This document shows, piece by piece, positions 17,888-26,535 of a stretch of DNA of 59,984 nucleotides; position 1 is the stretch's first letter; every line of letters starts with the position of its first letter. The translations under genes and the position numbers were made by a program. Below the pieces are notes generated by a model. The model was not told the origin of the DNA and made no database searches. It worked only from the letters and a program-made list of their open reading frames with translations. This stretch comes from Actinomycetota bacterium. Its GTDB lineage: Bacteria; Actinomycetota; Acidimicrobiia; Acidimicrobiales; VFJN01. The DNA lies in NCBI GenBank assembly GCA_046744485.1, contig JBKPHE010000054.1:1-59984 (forward strand), written 5' to 3'.

Positions 17888-18369
17888 CCGTCACCAGCGT
17901 CGAAAAGGACTTCGACAGCTTGACCCTCACCCTGGTCGCCGAGTTCGACGCCACGATCGAGCGGGTGTGGCGGCTGTGGGCGGACCCGCGGCAGCTGGAG
18001 CGCTGGTGGGGGCCGCCGAGCCACCCGGCGACCGTCGAGCGTCACGACCTCAACCCGGGCGGTGACGTCACATACTTCATGACCGGGCCAGAGGGCGAGA
18101 AGCACCGCGGCTGGTGGCGGGTCAGATCGGTCGACCCGCCGAAGTCCCTGGAGTTCACCGACGGGTTCGCCGACCAGGACGGGACACCGATCGCCGACAT
18201 GCCGACGACCACGGTGCAGGTGAAGCTCACCGAGCACGACGGCGGCACCAGGATGGTGCTGCGCTCGGTCTTCGACTCCCGCGAGCACATGGAACAGATC
18301 GTGAACGTCGGCGCGCCGGAGGTCCTGCAGGAGTCCATCGGCCAGATGGACGCCCTGCTCGCCGGCTGA
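17884..18369 (+). CDS. SRPBCC/AHSA1 (Aha1-like) domain protein
   Basis: ATG 17884 overlaps the ArsR stop (ATGA). IERVWRLWADPRQLERWWGP...FTDGFADQDG is typical of ArsR-linked SRPBCC proteins. Confidence 0.88.
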   Translation: MTVTSVEKDFDSLTLTLVAEFDATIERVWRLWADPRQLERWWGPPSHPATVERHDLNPGGDVTYFMTGPEGEKHRGWWRVRSVDPPKSLEFTDGFADQDGTPIADMPTTTVQVKLTEHDGGTRMVLRSVFDSREHMEQIVNVGAPEVLQESIGQMDALLAG

Positions 18370-18436
18370 CCCGGGCGGCTGGCCACTCGACCGACCGTAC
18401 CGACGACACCCACCCGAACCCGAAAGGACGCACCTC

Positions 18437-18999
18437 GTGCGCAAGTTCAAGCTCCAGGTCCAGACCAGCGTCGACTGCTACATGGCCGGCCCGAACGGCG
18501 AGATGGACTGGATGACGTCCCATGGACCGACGACATCGGCGCCTACATCGACGCGCTCACCGAACCGGTCGACTGCATCGTGTTGGGCCGCAAGCTCGCC
18601 GAGGGGTTCATCCCGGCCTGGGCCGCCGGGCCCGAGGGCGAGGACCAGGCGTCGATCGACTGGATGAACAACACGCCCAAGGTCGTGATCTCCAACACCC
18701 TCACCGAGTCGCCGTGGGAGAACGCGGTCGTCGCCGGCGGCGACCTCGCCGAGTCCGTGAACAAGCTCAAGGCCCAGCGGGGCGGCGACATGATCGCCTA
18801 CGGAGGCGGCACGCTCGTCTCGAGCCTGATCGCCAAGGGCCTGCTAGACGAGCTCCACCTGTTCGTCAACCCCGCCGCGACCGGCGCCGGAATGCCCGTC
18901 TTCCCCAATCTCGAGCACCATCAGGCGCTTCGACTGGTTGCTGCTCGACCATTCGATTGCGGGATCACCGCGTTGCATCTCGAACCGAAGCGCTCCTGA
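18437..18999 (+). pseudogene. dihydrofolate reductase family (RibD C-terminal/YwjB-like) gene interrupted by a 1-nt frameshift
   Basis: GTG 18437 (GAAAGGA upstream) gives VRKFKLQVQTSVDCYMAGPNGEMDWMT. The protein continues in the -1 frame as PWTDDIGAYIDALTEPVDCIVLGRKLAEGF...ALHLEPKRS (stop 18997-18999). The switch is at the CCC run 18519-18521. Confidence 0.8.
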
Positions 19000-19095
19000 A
19001 CACGGCCGCGATCGCCCCTCGAGGAAGCGAGCGCACACCCGACCGGCTCGCGCAGCGCGTCGCGTCGTCATTGGCGATCGAGGACAATTGGCGCG

Positions 19096-19851
19096 ATGAC
19101 AGATGAGCAGGATGACACCGTCACGTATCGCGGTGCCCGGTTCAGCGGCGCCGACTTCACCGGGGCGAGCTTCCGCGACTGTGACCTGCGAAAGCTGAAG
19201 ATCGTCGACTCGTGGCTCGTCGACGTGAACGTCTCCGGGCTGGTCGGCAACTTCGTCGTGAACGACGTCGATGTCACCGCCTTCGTCGAAGCCGAGCTCG
19301 ATCAGCGGCATCCCGAACGCGCGCAGGTACGACAGATGCACACGGCCGACGACTACCGCGCGACGTGGGACACCATCGAACGCCTCTGGTCGGAAACGGT
19401 CGCCCGGGCGCTACGACTGCCGGAGCCCGCTCGGCATGAGCGGGTAGACGACGAGTGGTCGTTCGTCGAAACGCTGCGCCACCTGGTGTTCGCCACGGAC
19501 GCCTGGGCCAGTCGCACGGTGCTCGATGATCCGATGCCGTACCACCGGCTCGGCTACACGCACAGCGCCTATCCGCCCGCTGACGCGGCAGCGCTCGGCA
19601 TCGACCTCGACGCACGGCCGTCCTACGACGAGGTGATGGAGGCACGGACCGATCGCATGGCCGTCATGCGCCGCATCGTCGACGGCCTGACCGACGACGA
19701 CCTCGAGCGGCTGTGCGCACGCTCGCCCGCCCCGGGCTATCCCGAAGAGCCGCGCCGGGTCAGGCAGTGCTTGCAGGTCGTGATGACGGAGGAGTGCGAG
19801 CATCGCCGCTACGCGGTCCGCGACCTCGCGGTCCTGGAGGCGCGTGATTGA
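19096..19851 (+). CDS. DinB family protein with N-terminal pentapeptide-repeat-like segment
   Basis: FSGADFTGASFRDCDLRKLK is followed by DinB-like helices ETLRHLVFATDAW ... MTEECEHRRYAVRDL. Confidence 0.85.
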   Translation: MTDEQDDTVTYRGARFSGADFTGASFRDCDLRKLKIVDSWLVDVNVSGLVGNFVVNDVDVTAFVEAELDQRHPERAQVRQMHTADDYRATWDTIERLWSETVARALRLPEPARHERVDDEWSFVETLRHLVFATDAWASRTVLDDPMPYHRLGYTHSAYPPADAAALGIDLDARPSYDEVMEARTDRMAVMRRIVDGLTDDDLERLCARSPAPGYPEEPRRVRQCLQVVMTEECEHRRYAVRDLAVLEARD

Positions 19852-19878
19852 GGCACGCGGACGCCCGAGCCCGACGAT

Positions 19879-19919
19879 CTGGAGTCGAAACGGTTGCCAG
19901 GCAACCATGTCCGCTCCAG
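19879..19919 (+). terminator. compound stem-loop downstream of the DinB gene
   Basis: CTGGAG-tcgaaac-GGTTGCC-a-GGCAACC-atgtccg-CTCCAG, 28 nt after the stop. There is no U tract. Confidence 0.3.
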
Positions 19920-20013
19920 ATCAGATGAACCGGACGCACCCTGCGAAGCCCGCGTGCCATCGGTCATAGCGGGAACGTGGCATCCGGCGCAGTCCGCTCG
20001 TCGGGTCCCGACG

Positions 20014-20205
20014 ATGCTGGCTCCAGACGGGAGCCGAGTCGAGATCCCGGGAGGCGATGTGACGGCCATCTTCCTTCTGATCCCCGCAGTGCTGTGTGCG
20101 CTGTCAGCCGCGGGGATGGTGTGGATCCGAGTGGCAGCGGCCGAATACCGCCACAACTGGAGCGTGCCCCCGGACATCCCCCGCGGCACACCCCCGAAGC
20201 GCTGA
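20014..20205 (+). CDS. possible small single-TM protein (63 aa)
   Basis: MLAPDGSRVEIPGGDVTAIFLLIPAVLCALSAAGMVWIRVAAAEYRHNW... has about 75 percent G/C at third positions. It is the only coding-like frame in a 362-bp convergent gap. No clear RBS. Confidence 0.3.
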   Translation: MLAPDGSRVEIPGGDVTAIFLLIPAVLCALSAAGMVWIRVAAAEYRHNWSVPPDIPRGTPPKR

Positions 20206-20213
20206 CGCCACGA

Positions 20214-20966
20214 TCACAGGCGGCGGGAGCCTGAGCGCCTCAGAACCTCGCTGACGAAGGCGTCGAACAGGCGCTGTTGAGTCGCATCGGTGCCGGCAGT
20301 GTCCTCCGGATGCCACTGGACGCCGATCACCCACTGGTCGGGGAGCGTGAGCTCGATGCCCTCGATCACGCCGTCGTCGGCCCACGCCACGGCTTCGAGG
20401 TCTGCTCCCAGCTTGTCGACCGCCTGGTGGTGCTGGGAGGAGACGTCGGCGGCCGTGGCGCCCAACGCCGTCGCCAGCCTGGATCCGTCCTGTACCCGGA
20501 CGGAGTGGACGATCGAGCCGCCCGCCACGCCCGGCACGCCGTGGGGCACGTCGCCCGGAACGAGGTGCTGCTCGAGGGTGCCGCCCAGCGCGACGTTGAG
20601 CACCTGGTGGCCGCGGCAGATCGCCAGGGTCGGCATCGCCAGGGCGATGGCGGCCCGGGCCAGCGGCAGTTCGAAGCCGTCCCGGCGGGCGATGACGCCG
20701 TAGACCTCGCGTTCCCGGAACTGGCCGTAGGTGTCGGGGTCGAGGTCGCCGCCGCCGACGAGCAAAAGACCGTCGAAGCCGGCGAGCACCTGGTCGGCCT
20801 CGCCTTCGCCGAGCTCGTCCGGCATGACCACGGCCCCCCGGGCACCGGCCCGGCGAAGGGCCGTCAGGTACGTCTCCGGGATGGCGACGGCACTGGTCGC
20901 CCAGCCCTCTACCAGGCGCGACCTCAGCAGGTAGGCCGGTACGGCGATGAGGGGCGATCTCGTCAT
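20214..20966 (-). CDS. gamma-glutamyl-amide hydrolase family protein (class I glutamine amidotransferase, peptidase C26, PuuD-like)
   Basis: LAICRGHQVLNVALGG (Cys nucleophile) and GVQWHPE. ATG 20966 overlaps the upstream stop (ATGA). Confidence 0.9.
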   Translation of the reverse strand: MTRSPLIAVPAYLLRSRLVEGWATSAVAIPETYLTALRRAGARGAVVMPDELGEGEADQVLAGFDGLLLVGGGDLDPDTYGQFREREVYGVIARRDGFELPLARAAIALAMPTLAICRGHQVLNVALGGTLEQHLVPGDVPHGVPGVAGGSIVHSVRVQDGSRLATALGATAADVSSQHHQAVDKLGADLEAVAWADDGVIEGIELTLPDQWVIGVQWHPEDTAGTDATQQRLFDAFVSEVLRRSGSRRL

Positions 20967-22336
20967 GCGAGCTCGAAGCTACGCCGCAGCTCCCAGTCGG
21001 TGACGGCACGGTTGGACGCGGCCCACTCCTGACGGGCGGTGTTGACCAAGTGGAAGTGGACGTCCTCGCCGAACGCCTTGGCCGCCAGCTCGCTGCCTTC
21101 GAGCTCGCCGATCGCCTCGACCAGCGTCGAGGGCACTCGGGGCACGTCCTCCGCCTCGTACGCGTTGCCGCGAAACTCGGCCCCCGGGTCGACGCGGTGC
21201 TCGATGCCGTGCAGGCCGGCGGCGATCGTGGCCGCGTAGGCGAGGTACGGGTTGCAGTCGCCCCCGGGGATCCGCGACTCGACTCGGAACCCGGCGCCGT
21301 GGCCCACCAGGCGGAGGCCACAGGTGCGGTTGTCGCGACCCCACACGATCGCCGTCGGCGCCCACGACCCCGGCTGGTACCGCTTGTACGAGTTCACGTA
21401 CGGCGCGAACAGGTAGGAGAGCTCACGGCTCGCCGTCACCAGGCCGCCGAGGTAGTAGCGGAACGTCTCGGACATGTGGTCGGGCGTCTCGTCGTCCCAG
21501 TCGAGCGGCTCGTCGGCCTCGGCGCTCCAGAGACTGGAGTGGAGGTGGCAGGAGTTGCCGCACTCGTCCATCGTGTACTTGGCCATGAACGTGATCGCCC
21601 GATCGTTCAGCGCGGCGATCTCCTTGGCACCGTTCTTGTAGATGGTGTGGCGGTCGGCCATCTCGAGCGCGTCGGCGTAGCGCAGGTTGATCTCGTGCTG
21701 GCCCCGCCCGGCCTCTCCCTTGGAGAACTCGACCGGCACGCCTGCGCCGTCCATCGCGTTGCGGATCTGGCGGATGAGGTACTCGTCCTTGGTGGTCTGG
21801 AGGATGTGATAGTCCTCGATGACCGCCGAGTGCGGCGTGAGCCCCGCGTAGCCCCGAGCCCCCGCGTCGTCGTAGGAGTCCTTGAACAGATAGAACTCGA
21901 GCTCGGAGCCGCACTTCACCGCGTACCCGGCGGCGGCGGCCCGCTCGATCTGGCGCCGGAGGATCCGCCGGGGTGACACCTCGACGGGCTCACCGGTCTC
22001 CTGGTCCACCAGGTCGCAGACCACCAGCGCGGTCTTCTCGAGCCAGGGGACCAGCCGCAGCGTGGCGAGCTCGGGCCGGAGCACGAAGTCGCCGTAGCCC
22101 GTCTCCCAGTTGGCGAACCGGTACCCGGGGAGGGGCTCCATGTCGATGTCGACCGCCAGGAGGTAGGTGCAGGCCTCGACGCCCGCGGCGAGCACGTCGT
22201 CGAGGAAGAAGTGGCCCGTCACCCGCTTGCCCATCAGCCGACCCTGGAGGTCGGGGAACACGACCAGGACGGTGTCGACGTCGCCAGCGCCGATCATCGT
22301 GGAGAGGGTTTCCTGGTCGAGACGGCCGTCCTGCAT
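20963..22336 (-). CDS. glutamine synthetase family protein (GlnA3/GlnA4/PuuA-like gamma-glutamyl-amine ligase)
   Basis: 457 aa. Motifs: GNSCHLHSSLW, NSYKRY, GRDNRTCGLR, and an N-terminal beta-grasp VLVVFPDLQGRLMGKRV. Confidence 0.92.
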   Translation of the reverse strand: MQDGRLDQETLSTMIGAGDVDTVLVVFPDLQGRLMGKRVTGHFFLDDVLAAGVEACTYLLAVDIDMEPLPGYRFANWETGYGDFVLRPELATLRLVPWLEKTALVVCDLVDQETGEPVEVSPRRILRRQIERAAAAGYAVKCGSELEFYLFKDSYDDAGARGYAGLTPHSAVIEDYHILQTTKDEYLIRQIRNAMDGAGVPVEFSKGEAGRGQHEINLRYADALEMADRHTIYKNGAKEIAALNDRAITFMAKYTMDECGNSCHLHSSLWSAEADEPLDWDDETPDHMSETFRYYLGGLVTASRELSYLFAPYVNSYKRYQPGSWAPTAIVWGRDNRTCGLRLVGHGAGFRVESRIPGGDCNPYLAYAATIAAGLHGIEHRVDPGAEFRGNAYEAEDVPRVPSTLVEAIGELEGSELAAKAFGEDVHFHLVNTARQEWAASNRAVTDWELRRSFELA

Positions 22337-22370
22337 GTCTGTGCTCCTTCGCTGGGCCGACGCGACCCGG

Positions 22371-23651
22371 TCAGGTTAGTGACGTTGTCCCGACCGAGAC
22401 GTGTACCGCGCCGCCGTTGGGATCGATGCGGTCGAGCCAGCCCGCCCGCAGGCGGACCGGCATGGTGGGGACGGTGCGGCGCAGCCGCCCGGTCCACAGG
22501 GTTCTGCCCGCCTGGTCGACGGTGATCCGGGGCCAGCGGGCGAAGGCACTGGTCCGCAAAAGGAAGCGGCCGTGGGGGAGCGACACTCCGGGGCGGACGG
22601 CGTTGGGGGACACCCAGCGCAAAGGGGGCGCACACTCGATCGGGACGGCGTCGGTAACCGGCCACCGGGGTTCGTCGGCGCGCAGCCAGTCCAGCATCGC
22701 GGACGCGACCCACGCGCCGTCACGCGCACACACCCCTGCGGTCTCGGCGCCGTGGAGCAGGTTGCCGGCGGCGAACACGCCGGGCGCCGACGTGCGGTAC
22801 CCACCGTCCACGCGTGGCGCCCGGGTACCGGCGTCGATGACGAGCCCACCCCGACGAGCGAGCTCGTGGTCCGGGAACCAGTCCCCGGTGAACACGACCG
22901 TGTCGCAATCGAGGCGGCGGGTGGCACCCGTGTCCAGGCTCGTGAGCTCGACCGCCTCGACCCGCCTGCGGCCCATGATCGCGGTGAGCGCGGTGCGGGT
23001 GAGCACGGGGACCCTGCCCCGGGTGGCCGCCAAGCGCAGGACGGCGTAGCTCTGGTGGCGGCGTTCGCCGGTAACCATGGCGGCGACCCGGCAGCCGGCG
23101 TGTCGGAGGGTGAGAAGGGCCGAGAAGCTCACGTGCTCCGCGCCCACGACCACCGCCCGCCGGCCGACGGTTCCACGCCCCAGCGCCGCGAGCTGCTGGA
23201 GGGCGCCAGAGGTGAGCAGGCCCGCAGGTCGCGTGCCCGGCACCAGGCGGGCCGTTCGGGGCCGCTCACGTGTGCCCGTGGCGATGAGGACGGCTCGGGC
23301 ACGGATGACCCCGGTGCCGCCCGGGCTCGTGGTGGTCACCGCCCGGCCCGCGGCGTCTCCGTGGCCGTCTGTCCAGCCGGTCACGGTGGTCGCCGGGCGG
23401 AGGTCGGCACCTGCCCGCTCGGCCCGGGCCGCCCAGGCGCGGGCATAGGCGGGCCCGCGCAGCATTCGGCGGAACTCCCGCATGCCGTACCCGAGGTGGT
23501 CGGTGTGGCGCGGGATGCCGCCGACCTCCGGCTCTCGGTCGACGACGACGGGTCGCAGCCCGGCTCGGGCCAGCGCGGTTGCGGCCGCGAGGCCGGCGGG
23601 CCCGCCCCCGACGACGAGGACATCGATGTCCTCCACCGGCGCCGGCGTCAC
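22371..23651 (-). CDS. NAD(P)/FAD-dependent oxidoreductase (GlpB-position partner of the upstream flavoprotein)
   Basis: GTG 23651 overlaps the upstream stop (GTGA). Rossmann motifs DVLVVGGGPAGLAAA and AVVVGAEHVSFSA. The longer ORF to 24059 is Arg-rich shadow. Confidence 0.85.
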   Translation of the reverse strand: MTPAPVEDIDVLVVGGGPAGLAAATALARAGLRPVVVDREPEVGGIPRHTDHLGYGMREFRRMLRGPAYARAWAARAERAGADLRPATTVTGWTDGHGDAAGRAVTTTSPGGTGVIRARAVLIATGTRERPRTARLVPGTRPAGLLTSGALQQLAALGRGTVGRRAVVVGAEHVSFSALLTLRHAGCRVAAMVTGERRHQSYAVLRLAATRGRVPVLTRTALTAIMGRRRVEAVELTSLDTGATRRLDCDTVVFTGDWFPDHELARRGGLVIDAGTRAPRVDGGYRTSAPGVFAAGNLLHGAETAGVCARDGAWVASAMLDWLRADEPRWPVTDAVPIECAPPLRWVSPNAVRPGVSLPHGRFLLRTSAFARWPRITVDQAGRTLWTGRLRRTVPTMPVRLRAGWLDRIDPNGGAVHVSVGTTSLT

Positions 23652-25057
23652 GGCGTCATTCCCAGGACATCGGGTGCGGTGCGCCCTGTGTGCCGGGCGA
23701 AGCGCTTGACCACCTCGGCCGTGCAGTAGAAGCCCTGACATCGACCCATGAGGGCGCGGGTCCGTCGCCGCAGGCCGTCGAGGTCCACGGGGGGTACGGG
23801 ACTCTCGCACGCGTCGCGGATCTCGCCGGCGGTCACCCGCTCGCAGTGGCACACGATGCGCCCGTACTCCGGGTCCGCGGCGATGCGTTCGCCGTCGAGA
23901 TAGGGGCGGGGCGCCTCGTCGCCCAGGTTGGGCATGCGGACGCCGACCACGTCCGGGCGCTCGACGACGCCGACGCCGGTGGCGGCCAGCTCGCCGGCCA
24001 CCCACTCGGCCAGCGCCAGGGACGACGTCAACCCGGTCGAACGGATGCCGCCGAGGCACACCGTCCGCTCGTCCGGCCGGAACGCGAGCCGGTAGTCGGC
24101 CTCGTCGGTCGCGGCCCGCAGCCCCGCATACACCGCGGTCACCTCCTCGTCGAGCAGTGCGGGCACAATCCGGCGACCGTGTTCGAGCAGCCCGGCAATG
24201 CCGTCCGCGGTCGAGGCTGTGTCTGTCTTGTCATCGAGGTCCTCGGCGGTGGGCCCGAGCAGCACGTTGCCGAAGACGGTCGGGCTCACGAGCACGCCCT
24301 TCGAGCGCGCCGTGGGCACCGGCAGCAGGATGTGGCGCAGGAGCGGCCGGGCGAGCTTGTCGAAGACGATCAGCTGGCCCCTCCGTGGAGTCACGCTGAA
24401 GCCTTCGTGCCCGAGGCATCGCTCGACCTCGTCGGCGCGCAGGCCCGCGGCGTTGACGACCCAGTCGCAGCGCAGCGGTCCACCAGGCGTGGCGAGCTGC
24501 CAGTGGTCGCCCGCGCGCTCGGCACCGGTGACCGGGCACGATCGATGGAGGGTGACACCGTTGGCGACCGCCTCGGTGGCGTAGGCCAATGGCGTGGTCC
24601 ATGGGCATATCAGGGACTCGTCGGGCACCGTGAGGCCGCCGAGTGCGCCGGGACCCAGGTGCGGCTCGCGCCGGTACAGCTCGGTCGCGTCGACGGGGTG
24701 GCAGCGGTCGTAGCCGTTGGCGGCCGCCTGATCCGCCAGGGCGGGGAGCGAGGCGAGTTGTTCCTCGGTCCAGGCCACGAGCAGGGCGCCGGTTCGCTCG
24801 ACGGGGATCCCTGCCTGCCACGCGTACGCCGAGAGGAGCGCGTGGCCGCGGGCGACGAGGCGGGCCTCGGATGTGCCCGGCTTGGCGTCGAAGCCGGTGT
24901 GGAGTATGGCGGTGTTGGCCTTGCTCGTGCCCGCGCCGACATCGGGCCCGGCCTCGAGCAAGGCGACGCGCAGGCGCGCGCGCCCGAGTCGGCGGGCGAC
25001 GGCCGCACCCACGACGCCGGCCCCAACGACGGCGACGTCCACCGCGTCGACGGTCAT
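23648..25057 (-). CDS. FAD-dependent oxidoreductase, GlpA/GlpD-like, with C-terminal BFD-like [2Fe-2S] domain
   Basis: ATG 25057 overlaps the kinase stop (ATGA). Motifs: VAVVGAGVVGAAVARRL, SKANTAILHTGFD, and C-terminal cysteines CHCERVTAGEI...GRCQGFYC. Confidence 0.88.
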   Translation of the reverse strand: MTVDAVDVAVVGAGVVGAAVARRLGRARLRVALLEAGPDVGAGTSKANTAILHTGFDAKPGTSEARLVARGHALLSAYAWQAGIPVERTGALLVAWTEEQLASLPALADQAAANGYDRCHPVDATELYRREPHLGPGALGGLTVPDESLICPWTTPLAYATEAVANGVTLHRSCPVTGAERAGDHWQLATPGGPLRCDWVVNAAGLRADEVERCLGHEGFSVTPRRGQLIVFDKLARPLLRHILLPVPTARSKGVLVSPTVFGNVLLGPTAEDLDDKTDTASTADGIAGLLEHGRRIVPALLDEEVTAVYAGLRAATDEADYRLAFRPDERTVCLGGIRSTGLTSSLALAEWVAGELAATGVGVVERPDVVGVRMPNLGDEAPRPYLDGERIAADPEYGRIVCHCERVTAGEIRDACESPVPPVDLDGLRRRTRALMGRCQGFYCTAEVVKRFARHTGRTAPDVLGMTP

Positions 25058-26505
25058 CCGGCGAGCGCGACGGTCGCCTCGGCGGCCCGGCGCCAGTCGT
25101 CGAGTCGGGAGTCGGCCTCGTCTCGGCTGGCCCGGGGCTCGTAGACGGTGGCGGGCTCCCAGGCGCCGATTGCCTCGACCGCGGTCGCGGCGGCGCCGAG
25201 CCCGAGGCGGGCGAAGGCGGCGACGCCGAGCGCCGTCGCGTGCGGCGACATGTACACCTCGACCGGCGCCTGCAGCAGGTCGGCTTGGGTCTGCATGAGC
25301 ACCCGGGACCGCGTCAGGCCGCCGTCCACCCGGAGACGCGCCAGCGGCGCCCCCAGATCGTCGCCCGCCGCCCGCGCCAGCCAGGCCACCTGCGCGGCGA
25401 TGCCCTCGATCACGGCGCGCACGAGCTCGGCTCGCGTGGTCGCGAGCGACAGGCCGGTGAACGCGCCGCGGGCGTTCGGTTCCCAGAACGGGGCAGCGAG
25501 GCCGGCCAGTCCGGGCACGAAGGTCGCCCCGCCCGCACCGCCCACCTGTCCTCCGAGCCGGTCGAGATCGGCCGGCTCGTCGACGACGCCGACCTCGGTG
25601 AGCCAGTGCACTGCTGCACCCACCGTGTACACCTGGCCGTCGAGGCAGTAGGTGGTGACCGGTGGATCGCCGCCGGAGCTGGAGAGCTGCCAGGCGATGC
25701 ACGCCACCAGCCCGTTCCGTGATCGGCGGGCCCCGGTGCCCGTGGTCGCGAGCAGGAACGCGCCCGTGCCGTACGTGCACTTGGCCTCGCCGGCCGCCAG
25801 GCAACCCTCGGCGAACAGGGCGGCCTGCTGGTCGACGGCGAGGCCCACCACCGGAACCTCGGGGCCGAACGTCGTAGTCGTGCCCACGGGTTCCGCACAG
25901 GTCACGATCTCGGGCAGCTCGTCGGCCTCGACGCCGAACAGCTGGGTGGCCTCCGGCGCCCACGACACACGGTCGAGGTCAAGCAGCAGTGAGCGGGACG
26001 CGGTGGCGGCATCGGTGACGAAAGCGCCGCACAGCCGCTGGAGCAGCCACGTGTCGGTCGTGGTCGCGACCCCATCCCGGGTGACGTGCTCGCGCAGCCA
26101 GGTGATCTTCGGCGCCACGAAGTAGGGGTCGAGCTCGAGGCCCGTGAGCGCGGCCAAGCTCGGCCCGTGGTCGCCGAGCCGCTCACACACGCTCGCGGCC
26201 CGGCGGTCCTGCCAGACCAGTGCCGTCGTCTTCGGTGAGCCGGTGGCCCGGTCCCACGCGAGCACCGTCTCGCCCTGGTTCGACAGTGCGACCGCGTCGA
26301 TCGGCGTGGCGGCCGCTCGCACCGCAGCGCCGCCGGCGTCGACGACCGATCGCCACAGCTCCTCGGGATCCTGCTCGACGCCCCCTCCGTCGAGCGCCAC
26401 AGGGTGGACGGCCACCTCGGCCTCGCCGAGCACCTCGCCGCCGGGGCCGACGACGAGCGCCTTGGTCGCCGACGTGCCCTGGTCGACGGCGAGCACGGTC
26501 GTCAC
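25054..26505 (-). CDS. glpK: glycerol kinase-like FGGY family carbohydrate kinase
   Basis: LAVDQGTSATKALV, ALSNQGETVLAWDRATG, LVWQDRRAA. 483 aa. Confidence 0.85.
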   Translation of the reverse strand: MTTVLAVDQGTSATKALVVGPGGEVLGEAEVAVHPVALDGGGVEQDPEELWRSVVDAGGAAVRAAATPIDAVALSNQGETVLAWDRATGSPKTTALVWQDRRAASVCERLGDHGPSLAALTGLELDPYFVAPKITWLREHVTRDGVATTTDTWLLQRLCGAFVTDAATASRSLLLDLDRVSWAPEATQLFGVEADELPEIVTCAEPVGTTTTFGPEVPVVGLAVDQQAALFAEGCLAAGEAKCTYGTGAFLLATTGTGARRSRNGLVACIAWQLSSSGGDPPVTTYCLDGQVYTVGAAVHWLTEVGVVDEPADLDRLGGQVGGAGGATFVPGLAGLAAPFWEPNARGAFTGLSLATTRAELVRAVIEGIAAQVAWLARAAGDDLGAPLARLRVDGGLTRSRVLMQTQADLLQAPVEVYMSPHATALGVAAFARLGLGAAATAVEAIGAWEPATVYEPRASRDEADSRLDDWRRAAEATVALAG

Positions 26506-26535
26506 GACGAGCGCGTCCCGGGAGTAGTGCGACCG

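Noticed and set aside
18515-18525. Programmed -1 ribosomal frameshift in the DHFR-family gene, and likewise at 46138 and 51865
   Set aside because: There is no slippery heptamer (X XXY YYZ) and no obvious downstream structure at any of the three sites. Simple indels are more parsimonious.
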